In this document: positions 18,220 through 27,108 of the stretch, piece after piece
Layout of the letters: every line of letters starts with the position of its first letter
Numbering within the stretch: position 1 is the stretch's first letter
Assembly (NCBI GenBank): GCA_009885805.1
Contig: VFJZ01000035.1
Span: 10,107-74,106, forward strand
Reading direction: 5' to 3'
DNA from: Actinomycetota bacterium
GTDB taxonomy: Bacteria; Actinomycetota; Thermoleophilia; Gaiellales; F1-60-MAGs149
Length of the DNA stretch: 64,000 bases
Translations under genes and position numbers: made by a program
Notes under the pieces: generated by a model
What the model was told of the DNA's origin: nothing
The model's database searches: none
The model's input: only the letters and a program-made list of their open reading frames with translations

Positions 18220-18660
18220 TTGCGCCGCATTCTCACGTCCGTCCTGCTCGTCACCGCGACGGCGCTACTGATCGCCGCCTGCGGATCCGCCACGAACGAC
18301 TACCGCGGCGAGGTCCTGGAGGTCCAGAACAAGTACCAGCAGCAGATGACCGACCTGACGGCGAAGGTGACCACCGACATCTCGGGCAACCCGGCCACCG
18401 CCGGGGCCGCGCTGACCGAGCTCGCCACCGTCGTCAACCAGTTCGCCGACGAGGTCGCCGCCGTCAAGCCGCCGACCGACAAGCAGGCGCTGGCCGACCA
18501 GCTCGTCGGCGCCTACCGCACGCTCGCGCAGGCCGCGCTCGATCTGAATACGGCCGTCGAGACCAGCGACATCACGCAGCTTCAGGCTGCCCTCGCGAAG
18601 TTCAACGAGGCGACGGTGGCCGAGAGCGCCGCGATCGACGCCTTCAACGCTTCCGAGTAG
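18220..18660 (+). CDS. Lipoprotein, unknown function
   Basis: RBS GGAGGAG at 18208, TTG start; lipobox LLIAAC; Ala/Gln-rich helical body. Confidence 0.7.
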   Translation: MRRILTSVLLVTATALLIAACGSATNDYRGEVLEVQNKYQQQMTDLTAKVTTDISGNPATAGAALTELATVVNQFADEVAAVKPPTDKQALADQLVGAYRTLAQAALDLNTAVETSDITQLQAALAKFNEATVAESAAIDAFNASE

Positions 18661-18670
18661 GTCGCCGACC

Positions 18671-18709
18671 GAACGGGTGGGGGTCCGGAAGGCGGGGCCC
18701 CACCCGTTC
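18671..18709 (+). terminator. Stem-loop downstream of the lipoprotein gene
   Basis: gaacgggtgggg ... ccccacccgttc, 12-bp perfect stem 11 nt after the stop codon; no clear U-tract. Confidence 0.5.
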
Positions 18710-18732
18710 GCCGGCCGGTATATTGGCGGCCG

Positions 18733-18821
18733 GGAGAGGTGGCCGAGTGGTTGAAGGCGGCGGTCTCGAAAACCGTTATGGGGCGCAAGTTCCATCGGGG
18801 GTTCGAATCCCCCCCTCTCCG
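18733..18821 (+). tRNA. tRNA-Ser (anticodon CGA)
   Basis: GGAGAGG acceptor, GCCGAGTGG D-loop, anticodon loop CTCGAAA, long variable arm, GGTTCGAATCC. Confidence 0.9.
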
Positions 18822-18851
18822 CTCTCCGCGTGACCACGGTACGGTGCCTCG

Positions 18852-20018
18852 ATGGCCGGCGACCTTGCGAGGCACCGTGATCTGCCGCATCTCGACGGGT
18901 TCCGCGGACTCGCCGCGATCGCCGTCGTCGCGTTCCACCTGATCAACACGACGGCGCCGGTGTGGTTTCGCGAGGGTCCGCCAGAAGTCGTCAGCGATGC
19001 GCTACACCACCTCGGCGTCAACGGCGTCTCGGCCTTCTTCGTTCTCTCCGGCTTCCTCGTCGCGCGCCCGTTCCTCGACCACGTGATCGACGGCCGTCGC
19101 CTCGACCTTCGCCGGTACGTGCGCGCCCGGGCCCTCCGCATCCTGCCGGCCTGGTGGCTGTGCCTCGCGGTCGTCCTCGTGATCTCGAACCGGACGTTGT
19201 TCGACGAGCCGGTTCACCTCGTCCTGCTCGCATCGCTCCAGCACTCCTACGACCCCGATCTCCTGCGGCAGGTCGTACCGCCGGCCTGGTCGCTCGTCAT
19301 CGAGATCTCGTTCTACGCCGCGATGCCGGTCCTCCTGCTGTCTGCTCGCCGACCGCTGCGGCGGCTCGGCCGCCCGGCGCGCATCGCCGCGGTCGCGACC
19401 GGCCTGGGCGTGACGGTGGTCGCCGCGGTCGCGTTCACGACCTGGTGGCTGGCACCAGGGCGCGTCCCGCACCCCGACCTGCGACCGCTGACCTTCGCCC
19501 TGCCGCTGTGGTGGGACCAGTTCGCGCTCGGGATGCTCGCCGCGCTCGCCGTCTGCGCGGGACGAGGCGCGGTCGGGCTTGCCCGGGAGCTGCGCTACGC
19601 CTCGATCGTCCCGATCCTCGCCGCCTGGGAGGTGTTCGGCGACCCCGCCGAGCACCGCAACACGCTCTTTGCGGTCGGCTGCGCGATGCTGATCGCCGGC
19701 CTCGCCGGCGGGCCGTCCGGCAGCATCGCAGGGCTGCTCGCCTCGTCGCCACTCCGCCGCCTCGGCTGGTGGTCGTACGGCATCTACCTCTGGCACCTGC
19801 CGATCCAGTACGCCCTCGTCCAGACCGGGCTGATCGTGCACGACCGACCATCGTCCACGCTGCTCTGGCTACCCGTCATGCTGGTCGCCGGAACCGTGGC
19901 CGGCTGGCTGTCGCACCGCTTCGTGGAGACGCCGATGCTGCGCCGCATCGACCGGCCTCCCGGGCGCTGGCTCGCTCGCTACGGTGGCCCACCCAGAGTG
20001 GAGGTCCGGAATGGCTGA
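18852..20018 (+). CDS. Acyltransferase family 3 membrane protein
   Basis: N-terminal LDGFRGLAAIAVVAFH motif, about 10 TM helices, WSYGIYLWH near the C-terminus. Confidence 0.8.
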   Translation: MAGDLARHRDLPHLDGFRGLAAIAVVAFHLINTTAPVWFREGPPEVVSDALHHLGVNGVSAFFVLSGFLVARPFLDHVIDGRRLDLRRYVRARALRILPAWWLCLAVVLVISNRTLFDEPVHLVLLASLQHSYDPDLLRQVVPPAWSLVIEISFYAAMPVLLLSARRPLRRLGRPARIAAVATGLGVTVVAAVAFTTWWLAPGRVPHPDLRPLTFALPLWWDQFALGMLAALAVCAGRGAVGLARELRYASIVPILAAWEVFGDPAEHRNTLFAVGCAMLIAGLAGGPSGSIAGLLASSPLRRLGWWSYGIYLWHLPIQYALVQTGLIVHDRPSSTLLWLPVMLVAGTVAGWLSHRFVETPMLRRIDRPPGRWLARYGGPPRVEVRNG

Positions 20019-20406
20019 AACGCACGCAACGGCGATCGAGCGAGCCGACTTCGTCGCGGTGCCCGTCACCGACGTCGCGCGGTCGCGCCGTTTCTACTCC
20101 GAGACGCTCGGCCTGCCCTGCTCTGACGGCGCGTGGCCGGAGGTGTCGCTCGGGAACATCAGTCTCTACCTGATCGATCCGCGCCAGATGGGCGCGCAGT
20201 TCGAGGGGCCTCACACGGCAGCGATCGCCCTCCGCGTCGCCGATGTCGCGGCGGCCCGAGCAGCGCTCGAGACGAGGGGCATCGCGTTTGCCGGCGAGAT
20301 CCTCGACACCGGCGTCTGCCACATGGCGTTCTTCAACGATCCAGACGGCAACGCCCTGATGCTGCACCGCCGCTACGCCAAGCACGAGGACGGCCGCGAG
20401 CCCTAG
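20011..20406 (+). CDS. VOC/glyoxalase-bleomycin resistance family protein
   Basis: ATG 20011 preceded by ggagg; FVAVPVTDVARSRRFYSETLGL ... FFNDPDGNALMLH. Confidence 0.8.
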   Translation: MAETHATAIERADFVAVPVTDVARSRRFYSETLGLPCSDGAWPEVSLGNISLYLIDPRQMGAQFEGPHTAAIALRVADVAAARAALETRGIAFAGEILDTGVCHMAFFNDPDGNALMLHRRYAKHEDGREP

Positions 20407-21056
20407 TCGGCAAGCCGCCCGTCGCGCAGGACGACGGTGCCCGCCGAGCCGAGCGCCCGCGCATCCTCGAGACGGTGCGTGACGAGCACGCCGATACGTC
20501 CGATCAGCGCCTCACGAAGGACGTCAAGGAGCGCACCACGACCGGCGTCGTCGATGGCGGAGAGCGGCTCGTCGAGGAGGAGGACGCGCGGATCGCGGGC
20601 GAGGGCGCGGGCGATCGCAACCCGCTGACGCTCGCCGCCGGACAGCGCTCCCGGTCTCGCCTCGGCCAGCGGCAGAGCACCGACGCGCTCGAGGAGCGAT
20701 GCCGCCTGGGCCCGTCGCTGGCGGCGGCCAACGCCAGCCGCCTCGAGCGGGAACGCGACGTTCCCGGCCGCCGTCAGGTGCGGGAACAACGCCGCGTCCT
20801 GGAAGACGAGTCCGACCTCTCGCCGCTCCGGGGCGAGGAAGCGGCCACCTGCGATATCGACCCAGACGGACTCGTCGAGGCTGATCCGGCCCGTATCCGG
20901 CCGTTCGAGACCGGCCAGGAGGCGGAGCAGCGTCGACTTCCCGGCACCCGACGGGCCGACGACGGCGAGCGTCTGGCCCGACGCGACCTCGAACGCGACG
21001 TCGAGGACGAAGTGCCGCCGCTCCAGCCGGACGGCGGTTACCAGGGAGTCGACCAT
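20403..21056 (-). CDS. modC: Molybdate-type ABC transporter ATP-binding protein, short form without a TOBE domain
   Basis: Walker A GPSGAGKST, LSGGERQRVAIARAL, LLLDEPLSAID; 217 aa; the last gene of a modA-modB-modC run. Confidence 0.8.
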   Translation of the reverse strand: MVDSLVTAVRLERRHFVLDVAFEVASGQTLAVVGPSGAGKSTLLRLLAGLERPDTGRISLDESVWVDIAGGRFLAPERREVGLVFQDAALFPHLTAAGNVAFPLEAAGVGRRQRRAQAASLLERVGALPLAEARPGALSGGERQRVAIARALARDPRVLLLDEPLSAIDDAGRGALLDVLREALIGRIGVLVTHRLEDARALGSAGTVVLRDGRLAD

Positions 21057-21817
21057 CGGCGGGAGCTCAGGCGGACGCCGATCAGGACCGCGAAGGAGAT
21101 GGTGACGAGGACGACGGACAGTCCGAGTGCCGATTCGGTGGAGCCGTCGAGAAGCGCGTAGATCGCAAGCGGTGCCGTCTGCGTGACGCCCTGCAACGAG
21201 CCAGCGAACAGCAGCGTCGCTCCGAACTCGCCGAGCGCACGTGCCCACGCCAGCGCCGCACCGGCGACGAGGCCACCGGCGGCGACCGGAACCGCGACGC
21301 GCAGGAACAGCCGAGTCGGGCCGGCGCCGCACGAGCGGGCCGCGTCCTCGAGCCGCGGATCGATCGCCGCGAACGCGGCTTGCGCCTGCCGCAGGTACAG
21401 CGGCGCCGCCACGAACAGCTGCGCGAGGACGACCGCGGCGGTCGTGAACGCGATCTCCACGCCCGCCGCCCGCAGCACGCCCCCGACCGTGCCGAACCGA
21501 CCGAACGCGTACAGCAGCGCAACGCCGGCGACGGCCGGCGGCAGCACGACGGGGAGCTCGAGGATCGTCGACACGATCCGCGCGCCGGGAAAGGGCCGGC
21601 GGGCGAGCACGAAGGCCACCGGCGTGCCGACCGCCAGCATGATCGCCAGTGCGATCGTCGTCGTCCGTAGGGAGAGCAGCAGGGCGTCGACGGCGGCCGG
21701 CTCCGACAGCCCATCGGCGAGCGCGCCCGGCGGCAGTCGCAGGAGGATCGCGAGCAGCGGAACGATCACGAACGCCGCCGCCAACGCCACGAGCGCGCCG
21801 GCGCCGATGCGAGTCAT
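21038..21817 (-). CDS. modB: Molybdate ABC transporter permease
   Basis: 259 aa, 5-6 TM helices, ELPVVLPPAVAGVALL and EDAARSCGAGP (EAA loop). Confidence 0.85.
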   Translation of the reverse strand: MTRIGAGALVALAAAFVIVPLLAILLRLPPGALADGLSEPAAVDALLLSLRTTTIALAIMLAVGTPVAFVLARRPFPGARIVSTILELPVVLPPAVAGVALLYAFGRFGTVGGVLRAAGVEIAFTTAAVVLAQLFVAAPLYLRQAQAAFAAIDPRLEDAARSCGAGPTRLFLRVAVPVAAGGLVAGAALAWARALGEFGATLLFAGSLQGVTQTAPLAIYALLDGSTESALGLSVVLVTISFAVLIGVRLSSRRWSTPW

Positions 21818-22617
21818 GGGGTGATCGGGCCGAAGCCGACGGCCGCCAGCGCCGCCTGACCATCGACGCCGCGGACGAACTCGACGAAGCGGGCCGCGAC
21901 GTCGGCGTTCCGGCTGGCACGCACGACGGCGATCGGGTACGACACGGTCAGCATGGCACCCTCGGGCAGCGTGATCGCCGTCAGGCCAGACGAGGCGGCG
22001 ACGTCGGTCACGTAGATGAACCCGGCATCGGCCTCACCCGTCTCCAGCTTGGCGACGATGCCCTTCACGTCCTGCTCCTCCGAGACGACGTTTGACACCA
22101 CCTTCCCCGTGAACTGATTGCCGTAGACCTCGCCGAGCAGCCCGAGCACCTTCCGCGTCGCATCGCCGATCGGCACGCCCTCGGCGCCGAGGACGACCTT
22201 CGTCCCGGGCGCGGCGATCGAGCTCGCGTCGACGATCCCGCCAGGGTTCGCCGTGGGGATGGCGAGCGTCAGCGTGTTGGACGCGAAGCCGAGCGGCTCG
22301 CCGACGAGCCCCTCGCCGGCGAGTTCGATCGGATACTTCTCACTCGCCGCGGCGTAGACGTCGGCCGGCGCGCCCTCGCGGATCTGCGTCGCGAGACGGT
22401 CCGAGCCGGCGAACTGGAACGTGACCGTCGAGCCTGGATTCGCGGCTTCGAACGCATCGCCGATCGTCCGGAACGCCGCCTCCAGCGAGGAAGCGGCGAA
22501 CACGGTGACGCCGCCGGTCGGCCGCTCGGTGGACGTCGCCGCCTGATCATCGCCGCAGGCCGCGACGACCAGGGCGCAACAGGCCACTGACGCGATATGC
22601 CTCAGTGCAGATGCCAT
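21814..22617 (-). CDS. modA: Molybdate-binding periplasmic lipoprotein
   Basis: ATG 22617, lipobox VVAACG; VTVFAASSL...F.FAGS motif typical of ModA; ATGA overlap with modB. Confidence 0.85.
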   Translation of the reverse strand: MASALRHIASVACCALVVAACGDDQAATSTERPTGGVTVFAASSLEAAFRTIGDAFEAANPGSTVTFQFAGSDRLATQIREGAPADVYAAASEKYPIELAGEGLVGEPLGFASNTLTLAIPTANPGGIVDASSIAAPGTKVVLGAEGVPIGDATRKVLGLLGEVYGNQFTGKVVSNVVSEEQDVKGIVAKLETGEADAGFIYVTDVAASSGLTAITLPEGAMLTVSYPIAVVRASRNADVAARFVEFVRGVDGQAALAAVGFGPITP

Positions 22618-22663
22618 CAGAAAGACAGTGTAACGACTGGGGAGGATCGGGCACCATAGGACC

Positions 22664-23059
22664 ATGGAACGAATCGAGAAGACCGAGCCCGCGTGGCGCA
22701 CGCAGCTCGACGGGGCGCGCTACGAGGTGCTGCGCGGCAAGGGCACCGAGCGACCGTTCACCGGCGTCTACAACGACTGCAAGGACGAGGGCATGTACCG
22801 CTGCGGCGGCTGCAACGCCGAGCTGTTCGCGTCGGATGCCAAGTTCGACTCCGGCTCGGGTTGGCCGAGCTTCTTCGAGGCGGCCGACCCCGCCGCGGTC
22901 CACCTGCACACCGATCGTAGTCACGGGATGGTCCGAACCGAGGTCACCTGCGCGCGCTGCGACGGCCACCTCGGGCACCTGTTCGACGACGGCCCATTCC
23001 CGACCGGGCAGCGCTTCTGCATCAACTCGCTGGCGCTCGATCTGGAGCGGTCGGAGTAA
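22664..23059 (+). CDS. msrB: Peptide-methionine (R)-S-oxide reductase
   Basis: GTERPFTG...Y.C..C...LF....[11 protein letters not shown]...[21 protein letters not shown], full MsrB signature with two CxxC pairs. Confidence 0.95.
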   Translation: MERIEKTEPAWRTQLDGARYEVLRGKGTERPFTGVYNDCKDEGMYRCGGCNAELFASDAKFDSGSGWPSFFEAADPAAVHLHTDRSHGMVRTEVTCARCDGHLGHLFDDGPFPTGQRFCINSLALDLERSE

Positions 23060-23073
23060 ACTGCGACCGGCGC

Positions 23074-23165
23074 GGAGTGGTGTCCGAGTGGTCGAAGGAG
23101 CGCGACTGGAAATCGCGTAGGCGGGCGTTGAACCTGTCTCGAGGGTTCGAATCCCTCCCGCTCCG
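23074..23165 (+). tRNA. tRNA-Ser (anticodon GGA)
   Basis: GGAGTGG acceptor (one G-U pair), TCCGAGTGG D-loop, anticodon loop CTGGAAA, long variable arm, GGTTCGAATCC. Confidence 0.9.
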
Positions 23166-23187
23166 CCTCCGGCGGTAGACTCGTCCG

Positions 23188-23580
23188 ATGCGGCGGAACG
23201 CCACCTGGTCGGTTGCGGTGCTGGCCGGCGTCGTCGGTGTCCTCGCGGCGCTGATCGGCGAGGTCCTGGTCTCGGTGGCGCTGTTCGCGATCGGCGTCCT
23301 CGAGTTCGAGGACGGCCGCGCCGTCACGCCGGAGGGCGGCGGCCTCGGTGCGCTCGTGGCGGTGACGATCGGGGCGCGACTCGTCGCCGCCGCCGCGGTC
23401 TACGCCGTCGTCGCCTGGCGCGCGCGGCTCCTCCTGCCCTGGCCGTGGCTCCTCGTCGCAGGAGCGATCCTCGCCCTCGCGCCGCCGCAGTTCTTGCCGC
23501 TCGTCCTCGTGTCGTGGATCGTCGTCGCGCGGTACGTACCCGGGCGCTCGCGGCTCGGCGAGTCAGCGGAGAGCGCGTAG
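23188..23580 (+). CDS. Hypothetical membrane protein (4 predicted TM segments)
   Basis: ATG start, high GC3, hydrophobic segments; no recognisable motif. Confidence 0.55.
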   Translation: MRRNATWSVAVLAGVVGVLAALIGEVLVSVALFAIGVLEFEDGRAVTPEGGGLGALVAVTIGARLVAAAAVYAVVAWRARLLLPWPWLLVAGAILALAPPQFLPLVLVSWIVVARYVPGRSRLGESAESA

Positions 23581-24516
23581 CCGCTGCGCGGAGGCGGCGA
23601 GGCGGGCACGGTCGAGACGCCCCGAGCGGGTCGCCCGCGTGACGTCGTCGATCACCTGGAGAGTGCTCCACGGCGACGCCACGAGAACGCCGTCGGCGCC
23701 GGCGGCGAGCGCCTTGACGGCGACGGCGCCGGGGGAGCCGTACGGGCGCAACGCGTCGGCGTCAAGGGAGTCCGTGATGATCGCGCCGTCGAAGCCGAGG
23801 CGACGCAGCCGTCGATACGTCGACGGGCAGAGGACTGCAGGCTTGCTGCAGAGCGCCGGGACGACGACGCTCGAGACCATCACGCAGCGCACGCCGGCCA
23901 GGATCGCCGGGCGGAACGCCTGCAGGTCGCGGAGGACCGTCGTCCGGCTACGGCGATCGACCGCGACGCCCCAGTCGGTGTTGGTGCCGACGGAGCCGAG
24001 GCCCGGATAGTGCTTGACGCACCCCTCGACACCGCCGCTGGCGAGTCCGCGGACCGCAGCCGCGACCCGCCGACCGGCAGTTCCAGGCGTCGCGCCCAGC
24101 GCCCGGAAGCCGGTCGCACCGCCGCGGTCGACGTCGGCGACGGGCGCCAGGTTCACGTGGACGCCGAGCCGGCGGAGACCGCGCGCGGCGACGCGATGCT
24201 CGCGCTGGAGACGCCAGACGGGAAACTGACGAAGCTCGCGGGCCGAGGGCGGGCCGAGTGCCCGGACGCGACGCACGGCTCCTCCCTCCTGGTCGACCAT
24301 GACGACGGGCCGGAGGTTCGAGGCCCGCAGCGCCCGGCGGAGCGCACCGCCGCCGTCGCGCAGTTCGCCGAACAGCAGCAGGCCGCCCGGACGCCGCGCG
24401 AGCACGCGACGACCGATCGACGACCCGGTGCCGCCGAGGCCGCCGATGACGACCGCCGCCGGACGTACGAGCGGCGGCGGGGCGGCGGGAAGCGGGAGGG
24501 GCAGGTCGAGCGGCAC
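23563..24516 (-). CDS. Glycoside hydrolase family 3 N-terminal domain protein (NagZ-like beta-N-acetylhexosaminidase)
   Basis: VVMVDQEGGAVRR, NLAPVADV, KHYPGLG, IITDSLDA motifs; the track ORF overlaps tRNA-Val antisense, so the start was moved to GTG 24516 (uncertain). Confidence 0.7.
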   Translation of the reverse strand: MPLDLPLPLPAAPPPLVRPAAVVIGGLGGTGSSIGRRVLARRPGGLLLFGELRDGGGALRRALRASNLRPVVMVDQEGGAVRRVRALGPPSARELRQFPVWRLQREHRVAARGLRRLGVHVNLAPVADVDRGGATGFRALGATPGTAGRRVAAAVRGLASGGVEGCVKHYPGLGSVGTNTDWGVAVDRRSRTTVLRDLQAFRPAILAGVRCVMVSSVVVPALCSKPAVLCPSTYRRLRRLGFDGAIITDSLDADALRPYGSPGAVAVKALAAGADGVLVASPWSTLQVIDDVTRATRSGRLDRARLAASAQRLRALR

Positions 24517-24561
24517 GGGCGGGAGAGGATAGACGCATCCGTGCGATACGATGGGCGCCCG

Positions 24562-24633
24562 GCGCGTATAGCTCAGCGGTAGAGCGCCCGCTTCACACGC
24601 GGGAGGTCCCTGGTTCGAACCCAGGTACGCGCA
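24562..24633 (+). tRNA. tRNA-Val (anticodon CAC)
   Basis: GCGCGTA/TACGCGC acceptor, TAGCTCAGCGGTAGAGC D-arm, anticodon loop TTCACAC, GGTTCGAACCC T-arm, discriminator A. Confidence 0.9.
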
Positions 24634-24767
24634 CTGTCGCATTCGTGCCGCACACCTTCGCGACACGCCGCCAGACGGCGCGGCCCCGGCACCGCATCTT
24701 CACCCTCCGTGCACCCTGGCAGGGTCGCTCGCGAGCGATAACCCCCGTATCCACCAGGGGAGGAACG

Positions 24768-25772
24768 ATGCGAAAGCTCATCGCCGGGCTCGTACTCGCC
24801 GGCGTCGTCGCCGCACCGGCAGCGGCCTCGAACGACACGATCACCTTCGCCGTGATCGGCGACACACCGTACGACGCTGCCCAGGAGGCAGCCCTGCCCG
24901 GCCTCGTGACGAGCGTGAACGCGGATCGGAAGGTGCGATTCGTCGCGCATCTCGGCGACATCAAGGGCGGCTCGACCCCGTGCAGCGACGCCTACTTCAC
25001 CCGGGTGCGCACCCTCTTCGACACCTTCGCCGACGCCGTCGTCTACACGCCCGGTGACAACGAGTGGACCGACTGCCACCGCGCCGCCGCCGGCGGCCAT
25101 GTCCCGACGGAGCGCCTCGCGAAGGTCAGGGAGACCTTCTTCCCGCACGCCGGCCGCACGATCGGCGGCCGCGCGATGCGCGTCACAACGCAGGCCAGCG
25201 AGCCGCGCCACAGCGCCTTCGTCGAGAACGTCCGCTTCTTCCGCTCCGGGGTGGCGTTCGCGACGCTCCACGTCGTCGGCTCGAACAACGACCGTCAACC
25301 CTGGTTCGGCGCCGCCGAGACCAGCGCGCAGCGGGCGGCCCGCGTCGCCGAGTTCACGGCCCGTGACGCCGCGGCGCTCGACTGGATCGACGAGACCTTC
25401 GCGACGGCGCGCAGCCGCAAGGCCGAGGCGGTCGTCCTGATGATGCAGGCGGACATGTGGGATGCCTTCTCGGTTGCGAACGGGATTCCGTTGGACGGTT
25501 TCAACATGATCGTCGACCGGATCGCCCGACGCGCGGCGGCGTTCCGCAAGCCGGTGCTCCTACTGCAGGGCGACTCGCACGACTTCGTCGACGATCGACC
25601 GCTCCAGACCGGCAGCCCGGTCCACGGCGTCACGACGGCGGCGCCGAACCTGCACCGCGTGATCGTGTACGGCGGGCCGCGGACGACGCTGGCGAGACGC
25701 GTCGAGTGGCTGCGCGTGACGGTTGACGCGGACGCCGCCCAGCCGTTCACGCTCGAGCGCCGACCGCAGTGA
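24768..25772 (+). CDS. Secreted calcineurin-like metallophosphoesterase
   Basis: RBS ggggagga; signal MRKLIAGLVLAGVVAAPAAAS; motifs VIGDTPY, HLGDI, PGDNEW. Confidence 0.75.
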   Translation: MRKLIAGLVLAGVVAAPAAASNDTITFAVIGDTPYDAAQEAALPGLVTSVNADRKVRFVAHLGDIKGGSTPCSDAYFTRVRTLFDTFADAVVYTPGDNEWTDCHRAAAGGHVPTERLAKVRETFFPHAGRTIGGRAMRVTTQASEPRHSAFVENVRFFRSGVAFATLHVVGSNNDRQPWFGAAETSAQRAARVAEFTARDAAALDWIDETFATARSRKAEAVVLMMQADMWDAFSVANGIPLDGFNMIVDRIARRAAAFRKPVLLLQGDSHDFVDDRPLQTGSPVHGVTTAAPNLHRVIVYGGPRTTLARRVEWLRVTVDADAAQPFTLERRPQ

Positions 25773-25779
25773 CGTCGCG

Positions 25780-26736
25780 CTAACCCTCGAAGTCGAGCAG
25801 AACCTTGCCGGCCTTGCCGGGGCTCGCGAGGCGATCGAACGCCTCGCGGGCCTCTGCTGCTGCGAAGACCGAGTCGACGAGGGCGCGCATCCGCCCAGCG
25901 GCGAGTCCCGGCAGCACCTCGCGCTCGAAGGCGCGCAGAACGGCGCCCTTGTCCTCGATCGAACGGGCGCGCAGCACGGTGCCGTGCAGTTCGGCCCTCT
26001 TCTGCATCATCGCGAGCAGGCTGAGCTCGGTGGTGGGCCCGGCACCGACGCCGACAACGACGATGCGACCGCGCGGCGCGAGTGCCTCGAGATTCGCGGG
26101 GAAGTGGGGCGCGCCGACGAGTTCGAGGATGACGTCCGCGGTCACGCGGCTCGCGAAGTCCTCGTCGGAGACCGGCTCGGCGCCGAGGTCGCGGACGAGT
26201 TGGGCGGCGGCCTCGGACCGCACCGACCCGTAGACGCGCGCGCCGCAGGCGACGCCGATCTGCAGCGCTGCCGAGCCGACGCCGCCGTTGGCTCCGTGGA
26301 CGAGCAGCGTCTCGCCCATCACGAGACGACCGCGCGTCCGGATCGCGTCGTGGGCGGTCAGGAAGGCTTCGGGGATCGCGGCGGCCTCGCGCTCGTCGAG
26401 GCCGTCCGGCACGAGTGCAACGTGTCGCTCGTGGACGACGACGCGATCGGCGAGGCCGCCGCCGCCGACGAGGCCGAAGACGCGGTCGCCGACTACGAAG
26501 CGCCGCGCGCCGGCGCCGCAGCGTTCGACCACACCGGACACCTCGAGGCCAGGGACATCGGCCGGCGCACCCGGCGGCGCCGGGTAGCGTCCCGCGCGCT
26601 GCTGGAGGTCGGCCGGATTGAGGCCGGCGTAACGGACACGGAGCAGGACGTCATCGGTGCCCGGCTCCGGGTCGGGACGCTCGACGACCTCGACGACCTC
26701 GTTCCCACCGGCACCGGTGTAGATGACGCAACGCAT
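25780..26736 (-). CDS. qor: NADPH:quinone oxidoreductase (zinc-independent MDR / zeta-crystallin family)
   Basis: VRYAGLNPAD, PGLEVSGVV, LVHGANGGVGSAALQIG Rossmann motif. Confidence 0.85.
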   Translation of the reverse strand: MRCVIYTGAGGNEVVEVVERPDPEPGTDDVLLRVRYAGLNPADLQQRAGRYPAPPGAPADVPGLEVSGVVERCGAGARRFVVGDRVFGLVGGGGLADRVVVHERHVALVPDGLDEREAAAIPEAFLTAHDAIRTRGRLVMGETLLVHGANGGVGSAALQIGVACGARVYGSVRSEAAAQLVRDLGAEPVSDEDFASRVTADVILELVGAPHFPANLEALAPRGRIVVVGVGAGPTTELSLLAMMQKRAELHGTVLRARSIEDKGAVLRAFEREVLPGLAAGRMRALVDSVFAAAEAREAFDRLASPGKAGKVLLDFEG

Positions 26737-26775
26737 GCGTGAACCCTACACGTCGATCCTGGTAGGATCCGCCGC

Positions 26776-27047
26776 GACCGTGCTAGGCGGGGAGCTAGCG
26801 GTTCCCTGTACCGGCAAGCCGCTCTAGCCGGGCTGAACTCCCGCCTTCGGGGGCCAGTCCGAAGGCATCAGGGCCGCCTCACCCGGCGTTGATGACCAGG
26901 TCCCGCGCGACTGGCGCTCTCGAACCGTGTCAGGTCCGGGAGGAAGCAGCACTAAGGGAGTCAGCCGGTGCGCCGCGGGGAAGCCTGGTCGGAGCTGGAG
27001 GTTGCGGCACCGGCCATCGGACAGCCAACAACGGTGGGTGCACGGTC
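26776..27047 (+). ncRNA. ffs: Signal recognition particle RNA, large (Bacillus-type, with Alu domain)
   Basis: 5' gtgctaggcggggagctagcggttccctgtaccggcaagccgctctagccggg resembles the B. subtilis scRNA 5' domain. Domain IV motif gtcaggtccgggaggaagcagc lies at 26929..26950. 5' gaccgtgc pairs with 3' gcacggtc. Position upstream of dnaX is conserved. Ends are approximate. Confidence 0.85.
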
Positions 27048-27063
27048 AATTCGGTGTTGCGGT

Positions 27064-27092
27064 GGGACAAAGGGGCCTGGCCCCTTTGTCCC
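27064..27092. repeat. REP-like 29-nt perfect palindromic hairpin (probable terminator of the SRP RNA)
   Basis: gggacaaaggggcc t ggcccctttgtccc; nearly identical copy at 47971..47999 and a diverged copy at 480..508. Confidence 0.6.
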
Positions 27093-27108
27093 ACTACACT
27101 CCGTCGCG

